The notes beneath the pieces are model-generated. The model had not been told where the DNA came from and did no database searches. It was given only the letters and a program-made list of their open reading frames with translations. 64,000 bases of DNA from Octopus sinensis (lineage: Eukaryota), in NCBI RefSeq assembly GCF_006345805.1, contig NC_043007.1:18786001-18850000 (forward strand), in the 5' to 3' direction. The position numbers were made by a program, and so were the translations under genes. Numbering within the stretch: the first letter of the stretch is position 1; each line of letters begins with the position of its first letter. Below are positions 52,392 through 64,000 of this stretch, piece after piece.

Positions 52392-52522
52392 GTCGGTTTG
52401 AGAATATCACAAAGTTGCTGATTTCTGGGAATGTCCAGAAGAAAACTGGAAGCAAGCCATGTGTGCAGAAAACAATAACCAAGAGGAGATAAAAGAGGCT
52501 TTTAAGACCGGATAGACATGCC
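52392..52522 (-). CDS. ABHD12: ABHD12-like exon 2 (ACLSGLKSLFYLLLVIVFCTHGLLPVFFWTFPEISNFVIFSNR), contains the transmembrane segment
   Basis: ttcttcattccag| acceptor, C|gtatgt donor, 131 nt. Hydrophobic stretch followed by a P..I...VIF.N pattern like the ABHD12 post-TM region. Confidence 0.88.
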
Positions 52523-53065
52523 CTGGAATGAAGAACACAGAAAGATGAGAAACATTGGTAAAATTCATAAGAGAAACAACAGGCAACAATTTGAAAGAGA
52601 AAACAGCAATAGGCTTACCAGTGGGATTCGAAACCTGCATCTACTCATCATCATCATCATCGTTTAAATTTGTTTTCCATGCTAGCATGGGTTGGACGGT
52701 TCGACCGGGGTCTGGGAAGCCAGGAGGCTGCACCACTCTCCAATCTGATCTGACAAAGTTTCTACAGCTGAATGCCCTTCCTAACGCCAACCACTCCGAG
52801 AGTGTAGTGGGTGCTTTTACGTGCCACCAGCATGGGGGCCAGTCAGGCGGTACTGGCATCAGCCATACACAAAATGGTGCTGTTTTTATGTACCACCAGC
52901 ACAGGAGCCAGTCTGGCAGCACTGGCAACGACCATGCTCGAATGGTGCTGTTTTTATGTGCCACCGGCATGGGAGCCAGTCAGCAGTCCTGGCAATGGTC
53001 ATGCTCGAATGGTGCTTCTAATGTTCCACCAGCATGGGTGTCAATCAGGCGGTACTGTCATAAAG

Positions 53066-53298
53066 GCGGCGAGCTGGCAGAAGCGTTAGCACGCCGGGCG
53101 AAGTGATTTGCGGTATTTCATCTGCCCTTACGTTGTGAGTTCAAATTCCACCGAGGTCGACTTTGCCTTTCATCTTTTTGGGGTCGATAAATTAAGCACC
53201 AGTTACGCACTGGGGTCAATGTAATCGACTTAATACCTATGTCTGTCCTTGTTTGTCCCCTCTATGTTTAGCCCCTTGTGGGTAATAAAGAAATAGGT
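53066..53298 (+). mobile_element. Family B SINE
   Basis: Full head-core-tail match. Confidence 0.82.
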
Positions 53299-53299
53299 A

Positions 53300-53640
53300 C
53301 TGTCATTGGCCACAACAACAATTTCACTTGCCTCAACAGGTCTTCACAAGTTTATTATCCAATGATTGAAAGGGTACTCTTAAATGGTCTGGTTATACAG
53401 CACAGGCATAAGTCACAGTCATGGTCTCACTTGGCTTGCTGGGTCTTCTTGAGCACAGCATATCTCCAAAGGTCTCAGTCACTTGTCATCACCTCAGTGA
53501 AGCCCAATGTTCAAAGGTCATGCTTCACCACCTCATCCCAGGACTTCCAGGTCTACCTATTCTGCAGGTTCCCTCAACTGCTAGGATGTGACACTTTTTC
53601 ACACAGCTGTCTTCATCCATTCACAACACATGACCATACC
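53300..53640 (-). mobile_element. RTE-clade LINE 3' fragment
   Basis: Reverse-complement homology to 32200-32450. Confidence 0.7.
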
Positions 53641-54319
53641 ATTATATCATTCATTTATATTTCATACACATTTGCATTTGATGCTACAGTTTCACAAAAA
53701 CTAAAATGTTTATTATTGCAATTCAATAAAGAAGGATAAATATTCTTTTTTTTTTCAGCGATCCCCAATTGGGAGTTTTCGAAAAATTTATCATAATTTC
53801 CAAAATAATTCACATATGAAGAAAATTTAAATACTATATATTATTTTAACTCCTAAGACACCTGGCAAAACCCAAATATATGAATGAAAAAATTTGGTAG
53901 TTTATGGGTTAATGTAAACAAATATTAGTCTCAAATCGTTGGCACAAGGCCAGTAATTCTAGGGAGGGGCACGGTCAATGAAATTGAACCCAGTGTTAAA
54001 CTGGTACTAAATATTATCAGTTTGGAAAGGATGAAAGGCAAAACTGACCATGGCAGGATTTGAACTTACAACGTAAAGATGGACAACATGTCGCTGAACA
54101 TTTTTTGCCCAGCATGCTCCCAACTCTGCCAGCCCATAGCCTTACCATTATCATCATTTAATGTCCACTTTCTATGCCTGGCATGGGTTGGACGGTTTGA
54201 CTGAGGACTGGCAAGCCAGAAGGTGGCATCAGGCTCCAATCTGTTCTTGTAAGGTTTCTACAGTTTGATGCCCTTCCTAATGCCAACCACTCTGAGAATG
54301 TAATGGGAGCTTTTTATGT

Positions 54320-54840
54320 GCCACCAGCATGGGGGTCAGTCAGACAGCACTGGCATTGACCACACTCAAATGGGGCTTTTTACATGCCACCGGCACAGGA
54401 GCCATTCAGGGTGGGAGGGCTGGCATCAACCATGTTTGGATGGTGCTTTTTATGTGCCACCAGCATGGGGGGCAGTCAGACAACAGTGGAATTGACCACA
54501 CTCAAATGGTACTTTTTATGTGCCACGAGCACGGGAGCCATTCAGGGTGGGAGGGCTGGCATCAACCATGTTCAAATGGTGCTTTTTATGTGCCACCAAC
54601 ATGAGGGTCAATCAGACAGCACTAGCATTGACCACACTCAAATGGTGCTTTTAACGTGCCACCAGTATGGGGGTCAGTCAGACAACAGTAGTATTGACCA
54701 CACTCAAGTGGTGCTTTTTACATGCCACGAGCACAGGAACCATTTGGGTTGGGAGGGCTGGCATCAACCATGTTCAAATGGTGCTTTTAATGTTCCACCG
54801 GCACAGGAGCCATTCAGGTGACACTGGCATTGGCCATGAA
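54320..54840 (+). repeat. Minisatellite of about 63 bp with two alternating unit types, within an RTE 3' UTR fragment
   Basis: Unit order is A-B-A-B-A-A-B plus a partial unit. A contains cagtcagacagcac and B contains cattcagggtgggagggctggcatc. Confidence 0.85.
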
Positions 54841-54869
54841 TAAACAAATATTAAAAAACAATCACTCAC

Positions 54870-55219
54870 TTGGTACATTTTGAGCTCTTCTTTTTGTTGT
54901 TGCTTTTGTTGCTGGCTTTGTTGTTGTTGTTGTTGGCTTTATTGCTGTTGGCTTTGTTGTTGTTCGCAGTTTTATTGTTGTTGTTTTTGTTGGCTTTATT
55001 ATTGTTGTTGCTATTAGCTTTATTATTGTTGTTGTTGTTGGCTTTATTGTTGTTGTTTTTGTTGGCTTTATTATTGTTGTTGTTGTTGGTTTTGTTATTG
55101 TTGTTGTTGTTGGTTTTGTTATTTGGTTTGTTATTGTTTTTGTTGGTGTTGTCTGTTTTGTTGTTGTTCTTTTCAGTTTTCTTTTTGTTCTTATTTTTCT
55201 CGTTTGTATTTTCTCCCAT
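54870..55219 (-). CDS. ABHD12: ABHD12-like coding exon 1: Asn/Lys-rich N-terminal tail (MGENTNEKNK...KKSSKCTK)
   Basis: ATG at 55219 in an A-rich context (aaaaATGG). Acceptor ttttctttcacag puts the exon start at 55242. Open frame of 116 codons, then AA|gtgagt donor at 54870. Phase 2 matches the next exon (AA+G = Lys). Confidence 0.8.
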
Positions 55220-55799
55220 TTTTTTTCAATTTACGGCAGCAACTGTGAAAGAAAAGGCATGAAATTACCAGACGCCACATGGCAATCGACAGACAACAGC
55301 ATATCACATGCAGCACCACAAACACCATGTACTAAACCAAACAGCTTGAGAAAAAAACTGAACCGCACTAGTGTGCACCACATTACACTGCACTATAGCG
55401 TCGCATATCACACCAGTTTGCAAACACAACACCACACTGCATGAGCTCCAACTGTGTTAAAAACAGTGCCGCCTGACTGGCACCCATGGTGATATACTGT
55501 GCTTGTATTGGCCTGTCATGCCAAGTTAGACTGTAGTTATGGCCAATACTGGTATCAGGTCAATGGCACCTGTGCCAGTGGCACATAAAATGCACCCACT
55601 ACACTCTTGGAGTTGTTGGTGTTAGGAACAGCATACAGTCATAGAAACATTGCCAAATCAGATTGGAGCCTGGTTCAGCCTACTGGCTTGCCAGTCCTCA
55701 GTCAAACCGTCCAACCCATGCCAGCATGGAAACTGGACGTTAAATGATGATGATGATGATGATGATGAGTGGGGATGACTAGTGCAAGTGATTATTTGG

Positions 55800-56170
55800 C
55801 CAATAGGCATTAATTTGCATGGACGCTGCAGATTTGAAGAGAATATAATTGGTGCATTTGAAATGTGGGTGCACAGGAGAATGTTATGTGTCTCTTACAA
55901 GGACCATCGGACAGAAAGGTACAGGATGACAACTCCTGAACATAGTGAGAACTATTTTGGCCATATTCGAAGAAGCAGAGGTTTGAAACATCATCACCAT
56001 GGAAGGAGGAGTAGAAATAATAGACTAAAAGGTGGACAAAAAATGCAACGGGTGGTCAATATCATGAAATGGTTGGACAAAGGTAGCAAGGTGGCTGGAG
56101 AACTTGCGCTAAATGAGAAAGACTTTCGTTGCAGTGTCATCAATGTACTGCAGGCGTATGATACATGATG
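55800..56170 (+). mobile_element. Decayed RTE-like LINE 3' fragment
   Basis: IGAFEMWVHRRMLCVSYKDHRT and YFGHIRRS.GL. Confidence 0.6.
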
Positions 56171-57063
56171 ATGACAATGACACTGCAGGAAATTAGACTG
56201 CTAAATATCATACAGTACAACACCCCTGCATCATGCTAATCAGCATGGCACTGCATTGCACTGCATGTCACTGGAATTCAGCACACCACACTATACAAGA
56301 CATATACCTTACCATCTTGCATGGCACTCATTGCACTACACAATACTGCACTATAGTATCCATTCTATTTGGTTGTTGTTGATATTGCTTTCCTTCAACT
56401 CCCATATATAACTAGACAAGGCTGTATTTTTTTAACTTGTTCATTTGCACATACATGGATGTATGCTGAATAAAAACAACAACCATAAAATAACATGAGG
56501 AATAGGGTGTCTTAATATGGTCCCTCCCTCAAAACTTTAGTCTTAAGAAATAAAGGACATATGTAAGAACTAATGTGATAACTTATTCTTTATTTTATTA
56601 TTAGAATCGGCAGAGGAAAGAGTAACTTAAAAATATTAATTTTTCAAATTCCTAATCTTTGTATTTTTGTGTATTTTACACTACATTGTCTAATCTGTCC
56701 TTCGTTGATAAGACTTTAGAGACGAGTGGTTTGAGGGAGATTTAACTACTAGTATTTCTAGCATGTAGAGTGACCACATCGAGGTCTCATTCCCTCGTGT
56801 TGTCTGCTGGTTGTTGTTTTGGTGTTTTTACTCAACATACATCAACATATGTACAAAATGAATGAATGAGTTGAAAACCCTCCTGTGTTTGTTTCCAAGT
56901 GGGTGTGGGTTTATAAAAAGGGGGCAGAGAAAGAAAGAAGGGGCAATTCTTTTAAATTTGAAATTTTGAAAATCACTTGGCCTTTTTTTCTCAGAATTAT
57001 ACTCTCTGTATTTTTAAATCCCTCACCCCACCTGCCAAAAACTTACAGAATAAAAATGAATAA

Positions 57064-57477
57064 ATAGGCGCAGGAGTGGCTGTGTGGTAAGTAGCTTGCT
57101 AACCAACCACATGGTTCCGGGTTTAGTCCCACTGCGTGGCATCTTGGGCAAGTGTCTTCTGCTATAGTCCCGGGCCGACCAATGCCTTGTGAGTGGATTT
57201 GGTAGACGGAAACTGAAAGAAGCCTATTGTATATATGTATATATATATATGTGTGTATATGTGTTGTGTGTGTGTGTGTGTTTGTCTCCCTAGCATTGCT
57301 TGACAACCGATGCTGGTGTGTTTACGTCCCCGTCACTTAGCGGTTCGGCAAAAGAGACCGATAGAATAAGTACTGGGCTTACAAAGAATAAGTCCTGGGG
57401 TCGATTTGCTCGACTAAAAGGCGGTGCTCCAGCATGGCCGCAGTCAAATGACTGAAACAAGTAAGAGAGTAAAGAGT
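57064..57477 (+). mobile_element. Family A SINE (close to consensus)
   Basis: Full-length match to 8-402. Confidence 0.88.
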
Positions 57478-58453
57478 ATAGTCTCTCTCACACACACACA
57501 CACACATAAAATAAAATAAAAGAAATTAAAAAATAGAAACAAAGAATTTAAGGAGCAGGGGACATTGAAACTTTTAAAATGCACATTTTTAGGGCAAAAT
57601 CATAAATTTTGTTGCTCAAAATATAGGAATCTAAAGAAAATAAAAAAATAAATAATAAATAATAATAATAACAATAAGAATAATAGTGAACAGCTGACAC
57701 TGTAGTACATCTCCAGTGTTAGAATCTGAGTCAGGCACAAGACCAGTAATTTCCGAGATGGGTAGAGGTCAGTTGGCACCATCACTCTCAGTACTGGACT
57801 GCAAAGTGAATATAGTGAGTGATGAACAAGGGTGGAGGTGCAGGGGCCTGGGAAAAAATAGGTAGGGAAAACTGCTCTAAGGCATTCAACATACTAGCAA
57901 CAGCAGCCAAATCTTCCTTTAGAAAGAAAAAGAGTTTTAAAAAATCGTTCCTCACTAGAGCAAAAAATCAGATACATTGGACAAAATAGTTCTCAAGTCT
58001 TAAAAATAGGTTGAACAATCACAGCTTTGACTATAAGGTCTACACAATCTGGACTGATCAAGAGTTGATTTATAGCCAGACAATAAGACAATAAACAGCT
58101 CCAATATCAATACATGGCAAGGTATTTCTTCCAATGTTCTAACATTTCAGCTTGCTCATTACCCTTAATGGTTTGTAATTTAGGCAGAAAGCCATCGGTT
58201 TTGAAGGGAAGGGATCTACTCAATTACATCGATCTCAGCACCCGACAGGCATTTTATTTTATTGACCCCTCCTCTTCATCCCCAAAGAGTGAAAGACAAA
58301 ACCGATCCTGGTAAAATTTGAACTCAGAATGAAAAGCAACATATAAATGGCACTAAGCACTTTGTCCAACACGATAATGGTCCTGCTAGCTCACTGATTT
58401 GATAATTCTTTCTAATTTTGGCACAAGGACCTGAAATTATATATATATATATA

Positions 58454-58587
58454 CTTTATTTAAAGCAGCAGAAAATTCAACAAAACCTGTTACTCTGAGT
58501 TTCACGTTCCCGTTTGTCGGATAGTTTTTGCTAATGTGAAACTCAGAGTAACAGATTTTGTTGAATTTTCTGCTGCTTTAAATAAAG
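58454..58587. repeat. Hairpin with 52-bp arms (1 mismatch) and a 30-nt loop
   Basis: 58454-58505 pairs with 58536-58587. Confidence 0.92.
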
Positions 58588-59189
58588 CATATTACTCTAC
58601 CACTGGTATTTGAGTACTCTTTTTTTCCACCTTGTTTCACATTTATGTGTTTACTCTGGTATATATATATATATATATATATAGGCGTAGCTGTGTGATA
58701 TTAAAGTTGCTAAAGAAAAACGAAACAATTTATTACTGGGGTCGATTCATTCCACTAAAAATTCTTCAATATAGTGCTCCAGCATGGCCACAGTCGAATG
58801 ACTGAAACAAGTAAACGATATAAGATAAGGGGATGGGGGAAGTAATCGACAACTCCGAAAGCAAATCACTTAAAACCTTCTTTAAAAAGTATGCATTTTT
58901 GACGGAAGTTTAGAAGGAAAAAAAAATTAGCGTTCAGGATGCGGGTGAACTGGGGCACTAAACTGTAGTTATGCCTAATGAGATAGTTACAGTTGTTAGA
59001 TATCTGCTGGCTATTCATTGATGTGGAACTAGATTTATACAATTGTAAAGATTGAATGAATGAATGGCTAAGTCAAGGAAGGGTCGATAATGTTATATTG
59101 ACCCCGAAAAGAGAAAAGGGAAAATGGACTTCAGAGGGATTTAAATTCGAAATGTAATGAATCGGAAGAAATGCAACAGGCGAGCTAAC

Positions 59190-60590
59190 GTTGCTTATTT
59201 CTTTACTGCCCATAAGGGGCTACACACAGAGGGGACAAACAAGGACAGACAAACGGATTAAGTCGATTACAACGACCCCAGTGCGTAACTGGTACTTATT
59301 TAATCCACCCCGAAAGGATGAAAGGCAAAGTCGACCTCGGCGGAATTTGAACTCAACGTAACGGCAGACAAAATACCTATTTCTTTATTACTCACAAGGG
59401 GCTAAATACAGAGGGGACAAACAAGGACAGACAAAGGTAAGGCGGCGAGCTGGCAGAAACGTTAGCACGCCGGGCGAAATGCTTAGCGGTATTTCCTCTG
59501 CGTTACGTTGTGAGTTCGAATTCCGCCGAGGTCGACTTTGCCTTTCATCCTTTCGGGGTCGATGAATTAAGTACCAGTTACGCACTGAGGTCGATGTAAT
59601 CGACTTAATACCTATGTCTGTCCTTGTTTGTCCCCTCTGTGTTTAGCCCCTTGTGGGTAATAAAGATATAGGTATTGAGTCGATTATAACGACGTAAGTG
59701 CGTAACTGGTACTTCATTTATCGACCCGGAAAGGATGAAAGTCGACCTCGGCGGAATTTGAACTCAGAACGTAATGGCAGACGAAATACCGCTAGGCATT
59801 CTGCCCGGCGTGCTAACGGTTCTGCCAGGTCGCCACCTTATTTGTGATTCTGCCAGCCTACCACCTTAATATAATAATAGGCAAAAGTAAAGAATACGTA
59901 ACACCCGGTGGTTATGGTTTAGGGTTAGGATTAGGGTTTTTGTTACGTCGAAAACGGGTGGTGTACGTATTGTTTGCTTCCGCCATAATAATGATAATAA
60001 TAATAACAGTTTCAAATTTTGCCACGAAGGTAACTATTTTGGGGAAGGGGACTAGTCGATTATATCGACCGCCCAGTGGTTGAACTGGTACTTAATTCAT
60101 CGACCTCGAAAGGATTAAAGGCAAAGTCGACCTCGGCGGAATTTGAACTGAGAACGTAGTAGCTGACGCAAAAATAATGATAAGAAGAATAAGAAATAAT
60201 AATCTTTTCTAAAAAGTCACAAGGCTTGACATTTTGGAGGCGGTAGGGCGTGACAATTGATTGTATCGACCCCAGTGCTTAGTTGGTACTTATTTCACGG
60301 ACCCTGGAAGGATGACAGGCAGAGTAGACCTCGGCGAAATTTGAATTCAGAATCTAATGAACCGAAAAGGCGGTACCCCAGCGTGGCCACAGCTCGTGAG
60401 CTGAAACTAAATGAAATTTAAAAAATATATATTTAATGAAATAAATCCTTTCTGCCATAGGCACAAAGCCTGAAATTTTGTGAGAAGGCGGCCGGTCGAG
60501 AGAGCATCGGCCTCATTGCTCAGCTGGTAACTTATTTCATTAACTCCCGAAAGGCCGACCTCGGCGAAATTTGAACTCAAAATGTAATGA
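59190..60590. mobile_element. Dense cluster of family B SINE copies in both orientations
   Basis: Minus at about 59190-59435, plus at 59438-59675, minus at 59676-59835, further minus pieces at 60030-60590. Confidence 0.8.
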
Positions 60591-60659
60591 GAATAAAAAT
60601 GATAATAATGAGGGGGAAAAAAAGGCAAAAATCGAACTGAATAAAAAATAATTACTTAC

Positions 60660-60720
60660 CAGCAGTGATAAAAGATCAATCAGAGAAGCAGGAGCGAGTT
60701 TAAATAAAGATAAAACCGGG
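60660..60720 (-). other. Possible non-coding first exon (5' UTR) of the ABHD12-like gene
   Basis: Unique sequence ending in a consensus donor CTG|gtaagt at 60660, upstream of the acceptor at 55242. There is no transcript evidence and the upstream boundary is a guess. Confidence 0.33.
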
Positions 60721-61209
60721 AAGTAAATGAGAATATATACACATATATATATCTATCTCTCTATGTGGATATTGACATTGACGTGTGGCCTTTTTTATTC
60801 AGCTCTCTTCTCTTATTTTTTTCCCTTCTTGCCCCCGCTTTTTTACTGCAGTCAACATCCAAGTCCACGAAAGAAAAGAAAATATATATTAGAAAGTGGT
60901 TCAACTTGTATTGAAAAACGAATTTTTTTTTTCTCACACACCTTTATAATTTGGTCTCTTTTGATTTGTTATCAGCCAAGTCATATCGTATGGCTGAGTT
61001 TCGTTTTTTAAATGGCTGAGGTCAAAGCTCAAACTGCAGTAAACGACAGCAACTTAAACAGCAGCAACAACAATTACAACAACAACAGCAGCAAGAACGC
61101 ATCGAAAGAGCTGGGACGTTTCGGTGAAATTTAAACTAGAAAATGGAAGAAAAAAAAAGTAATTTAGAGGTTATGTATATAGGTGTGTATGTATAAATAT
61201 ATATATATC

Positions 61210-61262
<53 letters not shown>

Positions 61263-61271
61263 GTGTGTGTG

Positions 61272-61317
<46 letters not shown>

Positions 61318-61385
61318 GCATATATATATGGCGGTGCCCCAGCATGGCCACAGCTCATGAGCTGAAACTGGAAAGTCAAATCAAA

Positions 61386-61420
<35 letters not shown>

Positions 61421-61505
61421 GCGAGAAAGAAGCAACAGAATGGATAGGTTTTTAGTACAATCGATTGTACTAAAAACCTATCCATTCTTGTTGCTTCTTT
61501 CTCGC
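61421..61505. repeat. 85-bp loopless palindrome
   Basis: Centre aatc|gatt at 61462/61463. The 42/43-bp arms differ by one bulged base. Confidence 0.93.
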
Positions 61506-61631
61506 TTATAATCCCCCACATTACTGTATTGTTAAAACAGTATAGTTTTTTTTGGTGCATCTAAGTTAGGTACCATATTCAAGTAAATTCATTTAAATTA
61601 ACTTGAATCTTTATTGCTTTTTGTATATATA

Positions 61632-61687
<56 letters not shown>

Positions 61688-61699
61688 GTAAACGGATTG

Positions 61700-62090
61700 G
61701 TAAGTAGCTAGGTCAGAAGTGGCTGTGTCGTAAGTAGCACTTACCAAGACACTTGCCAAGGTGCGTGGCACCTTGGGCAGGTGTCTTCTACTTCGGGCCG
61801 ACCAAGCCTTGAGTGGATCTGGTTGACGGAAACTGAAAGAAGCCCGTCGTAAATATGTATATATATGTGTGTGTGTGTGTTTGTGTGTCTTTGGTTGTTC
61901 CCCTCCCAACATCGCTTGACAACCGATGTTGGTGTGTTTACGTCCCCGTAAACTAGCGGTTCGGCAAAAGAGACCGATAAGATAAGTACTGGGCTTACAA
62001 AGAATAAGTCCTGGGGTCGATTTGCGCGACTAAATCGGTGCGCCAGCATGGCCGCAGTCAAATGACTGAAACAAGTAAAAGAGTAAAGAG
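61700..62090 (+). mobile_element. Family A SINE (divergent head)
   Basis: Body and tail match family A. Confidence 0.8.
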
Positions 62091-62127
62091 TATATATAAA
62101 GTGGAAATAGCTATATATAGGTACTAT

Positions 62128-62287
62128 TTTAGAAGAGTGGTCCCGGTGCGCGCATCCGCTCTAGCTAGACGTGACAAGTCGATCCTTTGTGTTTTATTTA
62201 CTTTGCCAGGTAGTCGTTGTAGTATCGACTAGTCACGACTAGCTAGCGCGGATGCGCGAGTGCGCGCACCGGGACCACTCTTCTAAA
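62128..62287. mobile_element. MITE-like, CpG-rich element with 27-bp perfect terminal inverted repeats
   Basis: tttagaagagtggtcccggtgcgcgca ... tgcgcgcaccgggaccactcttctaaa, with imperfect pairing continuing inward for about 30 bp. Confidence 0.7.
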
Positions 62288-62298
62288 TATTACCATAT

Positions 62299-62342
<44 letters not shown>

Positions 62343-62837
62343 TTATTTTATAGAAGGAGCTTCTACAGGACTAGAACTGTTTCATTCAAATGAAATCATG
62401 TATTGAGTACCTTATTTACTGTGGTTAACCCCGACTCAACCCGGACCTACATATATATATATATATATAACACACACATCCATTCATATATATATATATA
62501 CACACACACACATCATTCATATATCTATATATAATATATAATAATATATATATGAATGGATGTGTGTGTGTGTATATATTATATATCTATATATATATAT
62601 ATAAGTAGATGTATGTGTGTGTGTTTTTATGAGAATGGGGTAAAAAGATATGGGTGTGTTCACGTGCGTGTAGGTAAACACATGTTATGAATAGTTTAAA
62701 GCGTGAGAACACAAATTGTTCCAGTTTGTAAAAGAAAAAGTAAGAATTGTAAGCAGTGGGTGTCGTGAGAGAGAGAGAGAGAGAGAGAGAGTTGATAGAC
62801 AAAGATAGGTAGATTGATAAGAGACGGATAGATAAAT

Positions 62838-62894
<57 letters not shown>

Positions 62895-62938
62895 CAGATT
62901 GATAGATAGATAGATAGATAGACAGATTGATAGATAGA

Positions 62939-62970
<32 letters not shown>

Positions 62971-63589
62971 TAGAGAAAGAATGTGGACGAATAGAGAGAG
63001 GCACAGATAGCGATGTAGTCACATGCTCTCACAGAAAATAATAAACTTATTTAATTTTGTAGCCAAGGAAAGCAATTAAAAAAAAATAACAAAAAAAAGA
63101 GGCTCCATAACTTAGCACTTGAGTTATATCTTTTTATCAATTAATTACTGGCTAACCTCCATAGTTCCAAGGTGTCATCTCAATGTAGAAGCCTCCACCA
63201 TCAACAACATCGCCACCGTTCGAGAGAGCCCAAAACCATATCTATTTATTTAACCACTTTGGTGCCGTGGTAGCTAGCTGCTCCTCCTGCTAAGAATACC
63301 AACCAACCATTCTGGCCAAACAACTCTTTCCACCAGTCCCAGTAAAACTGATGGAAACTAGAACACAGTCTGCACGGCAGCCACCCCTATAATTAAAGCC
63401 AAGACAATTAGTAGTAAGCCAGTATGGTCTACTGTTGTGTTTAGTGTTTGGTACAGTTGCTATACTACAATGAATGGTGTTAAGTTTTTTAGTAGTGACA
63501 GGACGCGCAACAATGGTACGGTCTTCTCAGCCAAGCCATGGTTTTTTTAACTATGGCACCATCCCCGCGAAAGTGAGAGTTGGCGACAA

Positions 63590-64000
63590 AGTCATGGAGA
63601 GAGAGAGAGAGAGAGAGACTGAGAGGGAGAGAGAGAGAGAGACCAAGAGACTGGTAGACAGAGAGAGACTAAGAGAGCGATAGACAGAGAGAGAGAGAGA
63701 GACTAAGAGAGCGATAGAGAGAGAGAGAGAGAGACTAAGTGAGCGATAGAGAGAGAGAGAGACTAAGTGAGCGATACAGAGAGAGAGACTAAGTGAGCGA
63801 TAGAGAGAGAGAGAGACTAAGTGAGCGATAGAGAGAGAGAGAGATTAAGAGAGCGATAGACAGAGAGAGAGAGAGAAGAGAGACTAAGAGAGCGATAGAC
63901 AGAGAGAGAGAGAGACTAAGAGAGCGATAGACAGAGAGAGAGAGAAAGACTAAGAGAGCGATAGACAGAGAGAGAGAAAGACTAAGAAAGTGATAGACAG
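63590..64000. repeat. Minisatellite (GA)n-ctaag[a/t]gagcgata, variable unit of about 22-30 bp
   Basis: About 12 recurrences of actaag.gagcgata separated by (GA)n. It runs off the window end. Confidence 0.92.

Noticed and set aside
54870-55262. Plus-strand 130-aa poly-Leu ORF that looks like a membrane protein
   Set aside because: It is the antisense reading of the Asn/Lys exon. The splice signals and phase support the minus strand.

Overview
AT-rich, microsatellite- and transposon-dense animal genomic DNA. The SINE, LINE and microsatellite content is what I recognise as octopus; the species cannot be fixed from sequence alone. There is one 100-N scaffold gap at 16097-16196. I reconstructed one host gene by hand on the minus strand: an ABHD12-like alpha/beta hydrolase (lysophosphatidylserine lipase family). 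It has 11 coding exons from 55219 down to about 34899, all GT-AG with matching phases, giving about 443 aa with an intact Ser/Asp/His triad. Its first coding exon encodes about 116 aa of Asn/Lys-rich low-complexity tail (about 51% N, 23% K) ahead of the transmembrane segment. The rest is mobile DNA: a roughly 3 kb CR1-group LINE, a decayed second CR1-group LINE, RTE fragments, a full-length mariner with perfect 39-bp TIRs, a Penelope-like GIY-YIG element, a Helitron-like element and several tRNA-type SINE families. The most unusual structures are four. (i) An in-frame 294/303-bp tandem array of about 8.5 copies made from the C-terminal coding end of a LINE. (ii) A 535-bp tandem array with a 770-bp fold-back, 87 bp from an ABHD12 splice acceptor. 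(iii) Minimal hammerhead-ribozyme-shaped motifs with non-canonical cores in Penelope-type termini. (iv) Recurring fold-back elements sitting in TA microsatellites. Most ORFs in the supplied track are microsatellite translations and are not genes.
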